Assembly: GCA_964035545.1 (NCBI GenBank)
Contig: OZ037765.1
Location: 29,945,504 to 30,009,503, forward strand
Length of the DNA stretch: 64,000 nt
Direction of reading: 5' to 3'
Origin: Bugula neritina
Taxonomy: Eukaryota > Animalia > Bryozoa
Shown: in pieces, positions 26,598 through 38,610 of the stretch
Layout: every line of letters starts with the position of its first letter
How positions within the stretch are numbered: the first letter of the stretch is position 1
Made by a program: the position numbers and the translations under genes
Notes under the pieces: generated by a model
The model's input: the letters and a program-made list of their open reading frames with translations, nothing else
The model's database searches: none
What the model was told of the DNA's origin: nothing

Positions 26598-27183
26598 TTT
26601 GTTCTATGTTGCAGTCAAATGAAAGGAAATGTGAAAAAATGATAATATTGTAAAATGTAATTTCTTTTGAGATGTATCTAATGTAGCATATATACAGTTT
26701 AGTAACGGATGAGGAGATCACAATTTGCTCAGCTCAATGTATATTAGAGGGCTTTGGGACAGCAGTGGAAGCTAGACCTGATACAGCAGCATTAAATGAG
26801 TTATGCATGTTAGTAAAGTGATAACAATAGAGTGACACTCAGGCAAGTCTTTCAGACAAGTGCATGTGGCTGGCAGATGCAAGGCAATCATCATGGCTGT
26901 CAGTGGCAGAGAGGCCTGGATGAACAGTGTATACAATATAATTGCTATATATATAACAAATTAACGGCATACAAGTGGCTTAATCATAGTGTCACTTTTC
27001 AGACTTTTATTATGATGCACATTACGAAGCACGTGGGTGGAGCTAAGACGAATATTACCAGCTGCAGCAGACAGTTGCATGAGTTCATTTGAATAGCAGA
27101 GTTATAGGAACGCAGCCGTGAAAGTACAGATTTCAGCCTACAAGACGGACTGCTCGACACTGAAGGCGTAGCGAGGAAGCAAC

Positions 27184-30145
27184 ATGTTGCGAGTTTTTGT
27201 TGTACAGGCGCTAGTCGCCATGATAATTGGCGGTGAATTCTTGGAGTTGGATGAAAACTTTGACAAAATGTGGTCAGTTAGCTCTGGCAGAATGCTGCAA
27301 CCTAAATGTGTGCCGATTCCATCGAATATGACTCTTTGCCAGAACATCGGGTACAACTCAATGAGAATCCCCAACGTCCTTGAACACGACAGCTTGGAAG
27401 AGGCGACACAGCAGGCGTCCAGTTGGAAGCCATTGGTAGGGGTGCGCTGTCACGCAGACACGCAGATCTTTCTCTGCTCTCTATTTTCACCGATTTGCCT
27501 CGATAGAGTTATCCTCCCCTGTAGGTCTCTCTGTGAAGGTGTGCAGAGGTCATGTGAGGGATACATGAAAAGATATGGATTTCCATGGCCAGAAATGTTT
27601 CAATGCGATAAATTTCCAGCAGATAATGATCTATGTATCCAAGGACCCTCTTCAACCACCAACCAGACAGGTAAGCAGTACTAGCACCACTTGTGAGGCT
27701 GTAAGATGTTAAATGTTAATGGTCATTGTGCGGTACATTTAGGAACAGTAGTGGAGAAATTTAAATAGCTTAAGTTCTTCAATTTCAGTTTGGGGTGCTG
27801 ATTTGAAATTCTTCTGAGAACGTAACTCCTGTTGTTACTTTCCTAATCTAGAACACAGGCTCTTCTCAATGTCTCCATTGCTGCACCTACCTAGTGTGGT
27901 AACACTCATTGTCACTATGAGAGTTATAGTCAAGTTTATTCAATATTTTTAAGTCCATGCGTGCAGTTATAGTATTTCTCTTCCATTTGATCATTTATGT
28001 AAACCCACCTCCTTTCCCTACTGGCTACTACCATTGTCATTTGTTATGTGATGTCAGAGAATTTGCAGGCTGTAGAAAATTAGATATTTTGTGGTACTTT
28101 TGATATCCTGAATATTTTATCATGATAATTATCACTCAAGGTGTAGCATGCTATTACTATTAGCATTACTTTTACGTTTAGAAAACTGAAAATAGGCTTT
28201 TCTAAAACTGCCTACATCACGCATCACTCTCAGTAATCTGTTGGAAATTTTTGCAGTTTATAACAAAATTGCAGCGCAAAAGCTGACTTGGATATTTTGA
28301 AACTGCAAGAACTTCATCAAATTTAGATTGAAAAATATTGAGGAACTTTCTCTAAAGCATATGAAATTGAAACCAAGTAGCATTTCAAAAATAAATGTTT
28401 CTCAACAAGTAAATTACTGTAAATACAAGTAGCTATGAAACTGAGTTCACAGCAAGTTAAGCAGTGATAAATAGATATACTACTATGGAGGTGGGAGGAT
28501 TTTGGCAGACGTGGCCTCACATCTGTAAAACCTATTAGACTCCAACATGTATAGTATAGCCTATCTATGTACAAGTAATTGATTGTACAGCTAATTACTA
28601 TATTAGAGTTTGCTGTTGAGGTTCAACTACTTTATTCAATGAGTGGGCTATAAGAATTCCATCAAACAGTCAAAAATGGCATTTTTTTCAACTAGTCTAA
28701 ACTCATAGTACTTTCGATAATTTACAGCAATGTTATTGCATACTGCTTTCACATTATAGTCAACTAGTGTAATGTATGGGCATATGTTTTAAATTGAAAA
28801 AAAACCTTGCTACTGGCATTAATTTCAATAGCTCGAAATTTGCATTTAAAAACTATTTTGCACTGATCTCACCTAAGTTTATTGGTACAATAACAGCACT
28901 TGTATAAAAATCTCACATGCTATAGGAATTATACCAATAATTAAATCAGGAGATGGCTAAATCACATACATGTTCACTGCATTACACTGTCAAAATATTT
29001 TTATTACAATTTTAGTCGATGACCAAGTATGCCAGCCGTGCCAGGAGCCAGACACCTACGAAGGGATACTTGACAATTACTGCAAAACACAGTATGGTAA
29101 GCTATGGCAGCTCAATAAATAAACACGAGCAAGAATGTGGAGAATTCTGGTAGTTTATACTCTGCCCAAACATGTGTTGTGAATTTCTTGTAACTATATA
29201 AGCAGCCTTGCTATCAGCAGCTTCTAGTTTGACAGTCCGCAGGAGATTATAAAATCTGTCATGTAATTTGATTAGATTTGTAAGGAATCCAATACTGCGT
29301 TATAAGATTCTCATGCTGAGAAGATATTGGTGGCTATTATCGTTGAATGTGGAGGATAGAGAGAGATAAATTGTACTCGAGGAGAGATGTCAGTCTATTT
29401 GTAGTGACAGTTTGCTAAGTGGTTTTACATATCAAGTGTGATTCAGCATCTGTCACAATTCTATTATTCACAATATGGAGTACAAGATATCCATTAGCAA
29501 CAATAACAGAGATTTTCAATGGCTCCATGCTATGTTTCTTTATTTCTCCCAACTATTTTGGTTAAGGAATGAATATGTAACAGTCTCCTTTGACTTTCTC
29601 TTTAGCTGAAATTGTTTAATTTAACTAAAATCTTGTTTTTGTGTTTAAATTAAATTAATTTTACTGCAGTGATGAGAGCAACGATTAAAGGCCTTCACAC
29701 AGAATCAGCTACAGCTGAACCTGGGGAGGTAGAAATCAACATGGGGAAACGGAAAAAGAGATTCTACAAGAGAGATACCAATGAGCCAAAGAAAGTATAC
29801 AAGCTCTTAGCAGAGAAAGACGCAAAGATCTACATTTCACAGGGCATGGGCTGTACGTGTGACCAGAAAATTTCACCGGGAAGCCACCATCTTATGGGAG
29901 TGAGAATGGAAAAAAAGTATAACAGCCTTGGAGAAGAAGTGGTGAAATTCTATGCTGACTTTATCACAGCTTGGGAAGAAAATGGCGACACAAAACCTGG
30001 CATTAAAAAAGCTCTCAAAGCCATTAGAAAACGTGAAAATGTGTGTAAAGGGGGAGACAATATCCTAAACATACACAAACAAATAGAGGACGAAGAAAAG
30101 TCGGTCAAACGTGTCAAGAAAAACAGAAAAGCCTTGCGTCTTTAG
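27184..30145 (+). CDS. SFRP1/2/5: Secreted frizzled-related protein, sFRP1/2/5 subfamily (~347 aa)
   Basis: Exons 27184-27670, 29016-29096, 29670-30145. Signal peptide, 10-Cys Frizzled CRD (LCQNIGYNSMRIPNVLEHDS...FLCSLFSPICLD...GFPWPEM...CDKFP), then basic NTR domain (CQPC, YC, CTC, C); no 7TM region. Confidence 0.93.
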
Positions 30146-31252
30146 AACCTTGAGTAGAAGTAAAACATCAGATTTAACTTAGCCATTCTGAGTACTTTAC
30201 TTTCTAGTCAATAAAATCAGATATATTCAGCTGAAAGCTGCAACTGAGCCCCACAGTGTTGAAAGATTGTTGCAAAGCGATATAAACCAGCTAGCCTAGT
30301 TACAAGATAACTTACATTATGAACAACTTCTGGGCTACTCCATTCACTTACCAAAGAATTGTTGGCGTATTCATAACACAGACCTGACTTTGGCTTTTCT
30401 AATCTGAAATCTTTGATATGTTGTACTTATGGGTACAAAAATATGGTATTCCTATTATCTGTTAATCATTGCCCAGATATAATATATTGTACATTGGTAG
30501 CTATTACATTATTTGTTAAACAAGTTGGCTATTCTATTTTATAAAACTTCAATAATAATATACACAGACCAAAATTATCATTTATGCTTCTTTATTACTT
30601 TGTTTATTATTTATGCCAGTAAAGAAGAAATACCTACTTTGGGTTAATACTGAAAACACTTTAGGTTTTGGTAAACTATTTTATTCAGTACAAGATTGAG
30701 AATGAAAAAAAAGTGCTAGTTCAGCTTATTTTATTACAATATATAATCGGCAAAAGAAATGTTAGTCTCAAACCAAGTAAAACTTGCATATTGAAACTTT
30801 TCTTTAACCATTTGTTAATTTACATTATGTACAAAAATTTTCAATTTACAAAAGTAATCAAGTCAAATTTGAAAACAGAGAAAATAAAATTGAGATAATT
30901 CAAATAGTTACAGAATATTGTTACATTGAATAGACATGCACAGTGAAGCTGTACCTAACTAGAGATACAACTATTACTAATGAAGCATTATTAACAACTG
31001 CATGTGTACATCCAATGAACTCAGCAACCAGACTATAATAAAAAGTGGGCAGAATAATCCATTAACATTAAAGTAATAGGAAAGCACCAAGTCTCTAAAG
31101 AAATAATGAACAGTATCCAGCAGAGATGAGAAAATTTCACAGCTTGAATGACTGAAGATTAGAGCAGCATCTTAATACACCTGAACCCATCCTGCTGCTG
31201 ACCCTTATCAATTGCAGTGCAGTGGCACGTTGGGATGAGTGGCAGCAAGGTG

Positions 31253-34200
31253 CTACTTCTTCTTAATAAGTGAACCCACTGGAGGAATAGCAGCCTGCTG
31301 TCCTGCATTGTCCCACTTAGTCCTCTTAGCGCCTAAGAATGTAAAAGCAGCATAAGTTGACCAACTCAATTTCACAACTTAATGCAGAGGTAGGTGTAGT
31401 AATGATGAAATTGAGAAAAGCCTGTGTTCTAGATTAGCAGTGCAGCAAAAGAAGTTGTGTTCCGCGCCCCAAACCAAAATTTAATAAGAAAATTAAAAAA
31501 CTTAGGCTATCTCAATTTCTCCACCACTGCTGCTAAATGTAAGTTTCGTGCTCTATTGTATTCCCAACAAGTGAGCATACGTCAAACTAGTTCAGTGTAA
31601 ACTCGGCAGCAAACACTCGACTATTATGATATCAAGTGTTGGGTTCTCATGTTTTGCTGGTTCTTATTTTCAATGCTTTCCATGGCAGATGACAGCAGCT
31701 GCGTGCTGTGATTAGCTTCAAATGACATGTGAAGGAAATTCAGCCTCTAAGATTCTCATCCACAACAAGCTAGCCTCAGCCTCTAAGAGTGCAATATACT
31801 GAGACAGATTGGAATCACCCCCAAACTTTGAAAAAAGCTAAACAATCCGAGAAGTATACATTTTGGCAAGAAAGAACTCAAAGATAAAACCCGTATGAAA
31901 TAGTCTGTCTTTTCAGTCCCAAAAACTTGTGTTGAATTAATTAAACTAAACTCGCTTAAAATATTGTAAGTATATAAAATGGTTGGTTACTGACTTCACA
32001 AGCACCACAGTTCATAGGTTCGTAACTCTATTCTAAAGTCTAAACTGTCTTTATAAAATTTCAAGAGCTCCAGTTTTCAGTCCTTAATAATTTTAAACCA
32101 ATTATTTGCTGTATACCCTTGTCTACTCAAATGACATAACGTTTTTAGAGTTTCCGTAAAAATCAAATTGCGAAATTTAAATATTTATGTTATATATTAG
32201 AGGACTTGTCTCAGCTGACAGGTCGAGTATAATGTTTTCTTCAACTTCAGAGCTTGTGTTTCATACATTTCTTCAACTATACAAACTATATATATATATA
32301 TTTAGTCGTCGGAATATTTATACTACATGGAACACAGGCTGACTTTCTGAATCAAGTGTGTATACCACATTTCAATCTAAATATTTAGTTTTATATTAGC
32401 AGTCTGTAAAGGGATGCAGCCTGTACAGCTGTAGGACTACAGGAGTATACAAATGCAGAACATACAAAATTACATCTTCACACCGGATCCAATTAGCGTT
32501 CAATAAAATAAAATGTGTCAGAAAGATAGACAGTGAACATTTCTCCTATTGACATTGTCATTGCAAAAAATATTAACAAAATCCTGAACAAAATTACAAT
32601 AGTAGCGTATGTGGTCAAGGAACTCTTGAGAATGCATGAGCAGTCTACTGACAAACTTGTCTAATTGGTGTGACAACTTAATTGATTCCCCAATATTCTA
32701 GTGAGTCATAGGAGCCTCAGCCGTGACATCCAAGTCTGTTAACTACTCACATGATTGTGTGGAGTAGAGATTCCCTAGTAGCCCTATAGCAAAATGGTTA
32801 GCATACAATCTAGCAGTCTGAAGTTCGATTCCTGGTGGGGGCAGTTATTTTATAAGCTATTTCGGCCATGAGTGCTGTGTGGTACTACCCCCCCTCCCCC
32901 GGTGGAGCCACGAACTAACCGAGTAGTAGGGGTTCCAGTGGAGTTTTGGAAAACTGGGTATAATGTGGTGCAGTGATTCCCCAGTAGCCCCTATAGTGTA
33001 ATGGCTAGCTTGCAGATGGGGGCAGTTATTTTACAACACGTGAGTGAGAGAGTATAGGTATAATATATCTTAGTAATAGTTGTGAGCTTCCAGTGATATA
33101 AATCATGTCTCCTAACTTGTGACATTTTGATGTTGAAGTAACATATAATTAAAAACACTCATGTACAATGACACTATAACAGCAGCTGGGAGATTTTGTG
33201 CTAAGCAATGTTGTGTGTGAATTTAACAATTGACTGTACAGTGACTATTAGCTAGTGACAAGTAAACATTATCAGATTTAATTTGAAAAGTTGAGCAGTT
33301 GGGTATTACGTTCCTGTCCCACCCAGTTTACTCAATATATTTCTTAGACTACACCCAGAATTATTATAATTATTATTAGTGATGTCAAGTGAAAAGTCTT
33401 GACATTTCTCATGGTGAAAGTTTATGCAAACATGAGACCACTTCATACACTGCTAGACAACAATGTGCAGACACAACACTTGCCCTAGCATATTGAAGGT
33501 CTCTTATTCAACTGTATAGTAACTCAGCTAGTTTATTTAGCTTTTAATACAAATAGAAATACAAGTGTTTGACCTGCCATTTCAGTTTAACCTAATAAGA
33601 CATTAACAGTTGATTCATATATTCTTTTGCTCAAGACTTTTGCAATGGAAAGGGAAAAGAAAGAATAAGAAGTTAAGCAATAATGCAATTTTTTTTCTCA
33701 AAAACACGTTTTTTATATTACTGCTTAGTAGAAGTTGAATTTGTTATGGTTTGATATCTTGTATTTATTTTTTTTAAGTTAATTTATTGCATTTCATCCG
33801 AATTGGTTGTGAAGTTAAGTTCTCGGAAATCCAACAAGCCATGGTTTGTTAACTTTTCGCCATTAAGCTACATGTGATTCACTTAGCTTTCTTATAATTA
33901 AAAGAGGTGACAACTCCTTAAAAATCACTTTCCTAGATTGTGCAAAATTGTCGACTTTCCAAGTGCTAAAGCAGCCAGAGTAGCTGAATCTCTAACATAT
34001 CATTAGAACACTCCATTCCAGTAATAATGCTAATTAACAAGCAGAAACCAGACCTATTGTGCTGACACATCTAAGAATAGCTCTCTGAAGATGGCATTTA
34101 TACAAAGAAACATCAACTAATTACTATCTGGAGTGTCTAGAGAAAGAGGCAAAATATACAAGAAATGCCTCATCAAAGAGAGCATAACTTCTAATTATAC

Positions 34201-36824
34201 TAATTCTTATTCATAAAATATGGGCATTGATGTAAAATTTTAACTGTAATAAAATAGCAACCATATTATATTTTCTACAGGTGCAAATAAAAATGATGAG
34301 ACTTTAAAAATCTGAGGCTAAAATAAAAGTGCAACTAAAATGGTAAAATGCTCAGGAGCCACGCTTCTGGTTTGAAAAATAAACTAATAATCTAAGGCTA
34401 ACTTTGCTACCTTACCTGCGCCTTCTGTAGTATCTGATGATGCAGCTGACTTTGTTAAGGTTATGAATTCTACCTACAAAATAAAGCATCTTCTTTGCAT
34501 AAAAAGATTGCCTGCTAAGTCTATATACTGGAAACAGTACACCCCAGGCCTACAATAAAATGCACGAATTCATTGTATAAAACACTGCTAGTGTTTTTGT
34601 GACGCATAGCACACCAAGGTATGGGGAATGTAAAATATATGAAGATTTCGTATTATATAAATTAACAGCTAAATGGTAAAAAATAGCTAAAAACTAGAAA
34701 AATAGAGTGTGTACTTAAGTAAAACCGCAATTCGATTACCTTTGACCTTTCTTTTTTCTCAGATTTCCTTTTCTCCATCTCGGCATTTTGAAGCTTGGCT
34801 AAACATAACACAAGATAGTTGTAACTGTAAGATGCACCAAATAACTAAACTTGCCAAAAGAAGGACATTATAATGTAGTGACATACCTAACTCGTCATAT
34901 TGGGAACTTTTGGTCCAGATGGAAGGATCATACAACTCCTACATCAGAAAAATAACTTTCTGAAGTTTACACAGCATAACTATAATGCATACTATTTACC
35001 GTTTTTCGCTTGGAATCAAGATTAGAAATCATGTCACATTAATCATAACTCAAAGCAACAAGGAAAAGAAAGCCAAAAGCTCAACACATTGAAAATTGAA
35101 ACACATGCTCCAACACAACATAGCTTCTTTATAAGGAAGATAACTCCAAGTGGCAACTTAGTTGCTGTGCTTTACAAGTAAACTAGGATATTAAAATTTA
35201 AATTTTGGTCCAATGCCATGCAGAAATCAGATAGCCTAAAAACAAGAATCCTAAAAACTACTTACGGGTGGGTAGTTAGTGCCTTTGTCATTTATACCGA
35301 TATGAGAAAGCAACTTCTCATATATACTTGGATTTCTAAAGTCTTTTGATTTCTGTATACTTGCATCAATTGATCCCTTTGGCTTTTTAGCCATTCTAGC
35401 AATGTTTTCCTGCAGACAAAATAACTTATGCATGTTTATGTAGTCAACACATTCATAGAATACTGGGTATATTTAGAGCTGAAAAAAACCACATGGAGTG
35501 AAATTCATCGAGCTGTGTTAGTGAAGGAAGGAAATGGGTTGGAGCAAATCAGCATCATCGGTCTTTGAGCATCGGTTTTAAGTCACTGGTTTTAAGTAAC
35601 CGGTTTTAAGTCACTGGTTTTGAGTCATTGGCCTTCAGTAAAGCTGTGACCAACTTATCTTTAAAAAAACAGTATATACTTGGATATATATGATTCTACA
35701 AGCAAATATCATTTTACAACATTCAGTTTTCTCTCCCTGTGAAGTCAAAGAGAAAAAATAAATTGATTTGTATGTGATACTGACACAAAGACACACTACT
35801 ATCTATACATATATACATACAGACGGATATACACGTATATACACACATGTATCTACTATATCCTACTGAAAATGATACAAAACCATGTGACCTACCACAA
35901 GAGCTCGCGGGGGAGAGCCCGGAGGCGAGGGAGGAATTAGATCTTCCTCGTCAGATTGCTGCGCTGACACAGGTTCATCGTTGGCGACAGCAGAAATTTC
36001 CTCACCTGTGAGCGTCTTTTCGTAATCAACAATTCCTTTATTCTGCAAATTCAAAAATTGGCTGATAACACAACAAAACTGCTAAATTTTAATTGCTTCC
36101 ACACGTTTATAAATGATAAATATTTATTATGGATATGAAAATCTAACATGCAAATTATAAAATGAAGAAGATAATTTACAAATTAATCTTGAAAGATCAA
36201 TAATCATAATATTTAACAATTACTGCATTCCTTAAAATCTGTTGTTTCAATTGAGTTTGCATACTAGTAGTAGTCAGTAAATTAATGCACAAATTCAGCA
36301 TACTTGAGAAAGGGAATTGGGAGACAACTCCTTCTCGCTGACATTTTCATCAGATGCTGGTAAAGGGTGTCCTTCACCTTCTTCTTCCTCCTCTTGCTCT
36401 CCATAATCAACCAGAGCCAAACTAGAGCCTAACAAACACATTCATCTGTAATGTTCTCTAAATAATATATTTTCAACGTAGTCAAACGTACTGAACTACA
36501 AAAAAAGTTTTAAAACCTCCATTTAATAACAGCCTTTAAAAAGAGCTACATGCATAAGAAAATAATATGAGAAATATAGGTTTAAACTAGATTTCATGTA
36601 AATATGATCAACAACCAAGTACCTTGTGATCGCTTCAAGTCACTTTCTTTAATCACAGGGGAATATGTTCTGCTGGGAGCTTTGCTATGGGAAGAATGAT
36701 CATCATCAGATCCCGATATTTCACCTGATATTTTATGCATATCATCCAGCTCTTCGTCTGAATCACTCATCGCATAACTAGCCAAAGATCCTATCAACTT
36801 GTTAGAAGTTTTTTCATTCTCCAT
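31253..36824 (-). CDS. SAP30BP: SAP30-binding protein (HCNGP family, ~288 aa, 8 exons)
   Basis: Exons 36824-36623, 36428-36304, 36042-35896, 35409-35266, 34938-34887, 34798-34740, 34473-34416, 31332-31253. SLASYAMSDSD, LVDYG, IPPSPPG, KDFRNPSIYEKL...GTNYPPELYDP, KVEF, KRTKWD, VGSLIKKK. Confidence 0.93.
32756..33035 (+). mobile_element. Small element with two direct repeats containing a tRNA-like domain (TRIM-like or composite tRNA-SINE)
   Basis: Repeats at 32756-32854 and ~32959-33035; A box TAGCAAAATGG, B box GTTCGATTCC, acceptor stem GCCC(C)TA/TGGGGGC; shared non-tRNA flanks; overall TGT...ACA ends. Confidence 0.6.
35556..35639. repeat. 14-bp minisatellite x6
   Basis: Consensus cactggttttaagt, in SAP30BP intron 3. 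Confidence 0.9.
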
Positions 36825-38610
36825 CTTTACACAACAGGGTGTCTATCGCAGAATTTTCTATATATCATTGAAAACAGTCAAGTAAAACATTTTGAGAACA
36901 TTTAAAGTTTCAAAAGTGATTCCCAATCTGAGCAGATGTGGGTAACTGAGTAGAATTTAGTAAATTATTGTTAATTTTATCAATTAGGGCACTAGTTGAA
37001 GCTTTCGCGAGAACATAACTTCTCTTGCAAAATTTCTCATCTAGAATACAGAGTTGATGTTTTCCTGAATGCATTTACTTAAATGCTTTGTGTCACAGTT
37101 AGAGTATCTACTATGTAAAGATGCAAAACTTTTTAAAGTCAACTAGCAAGCCCTGTATAAGTAATGGATACTATTTGTTTAAAATGATGATTACATTTTG
37201 TATTTTATATTATTATTATAAACTTACTGTGAAAATTGAATTGAAAAAGTTAAAATGAGATAAAGATTATAATCATTACTACTAATTAGTATAATTATTA
37301 TTGATAATTCTGATATCACTATCATCTTTTAATAGATAGCAACAAGCATTTGGCAAAGCAGCTAAATCAAATCCAAATATATTACAATAGTCATACACAA
37401 CAGCCATTCACATACTCATAGTGACAGTGATAGTCATATGACACAGTGATAGAAAAACTACAAGCGTACGTACGCTAAACGATAAGTATAACAATTACTG
37501 TCTGTCAATATAAATATCACATAATGATCATATTCATATTATTTATATTAATAGAATCCAATAAATATACTTTAAGTTTATAGATCTGTAAGTTTTAGGT
37601 ATATTCATATTCTGATATTCATATTGATATTGATTATATTTACTGTAAATGTTCAGCCTACGTTATATTTAAATTACATTTTACTGCTATAACCAAAGTA
37701 CAAACCACTTTTACCTACAGCGACAGTCAATAAAATTAAAAATTCTAATAAATTTAGATAATTATCAAAATAATTACTATTACTATTAGTATTACTACTA
37801 TGACAAAGTCGAAGTGAAAAGAATTTGAATGGAAACGGCTTGCATTGCTGAATAAATAAATCCGCAATCGCTGTTGTGTCATTTGCGGCGAGTGTCCTTT
37901 CACAGTAATATCGGTTTCAAGGGATGCCCGACTTGGATACAGGCGCAATGTGTAAAAATATCACTCGGTAACCTCAGTTAAGTGACTTACAGGTTTAGTC
38001 CATGTGGACTGATAGAATTCGAATGTTCGAACTCTACAGCCTATTAGTATTATTCAGTTGGTGTGGTGGTCGCCCAAAAATGAATCATAGCCTATACTTG
38101 CATACTTCCCACTAAGGTTAACCAGACCATTTTAGATTAAAAGGTGACAACAGATGAAAGTCACATCATCCCGCAGCTAATATAATTCTGTTACAAAAGC
38201 CACAGCAAGATGACCTATTGCATCATTTATATAAATATTCAAGATTTTTATATATTAGTTATATATAGGTAACGCAAAATTATTAGAAATATCACAGTTT
38301 AGTAATCTTAATATGATTTATTGTATTGCAATTGTAATAATATTAATATTCCATGTATGAAACCAAGAAACATATGCAGATGTAAAACCACAGCAATATA
38401 TACAAGCTAAAATATAGTGATGGCATATCATCATATACATTATTTTATGTAATAGCAAATGATGGGAAATTTACAACAAAAACTTAGCTGTATAGAAAAG
38501 TAATTATTCAATTCAGCACATGTAAAGCTGAAATTCATTGACAATATCTAAAACATATTATATAGATGAGACCTACAAGAACATACAATGGTCACACGGT
38601 AGAAAACTGA

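Noticed and set aside
32781-32843. Functional tRNA gene
   Set aside because: Anticodon arm and T-stem pairing are degraded and the sequence is part of a duplicated repeat; treated as element-derived.
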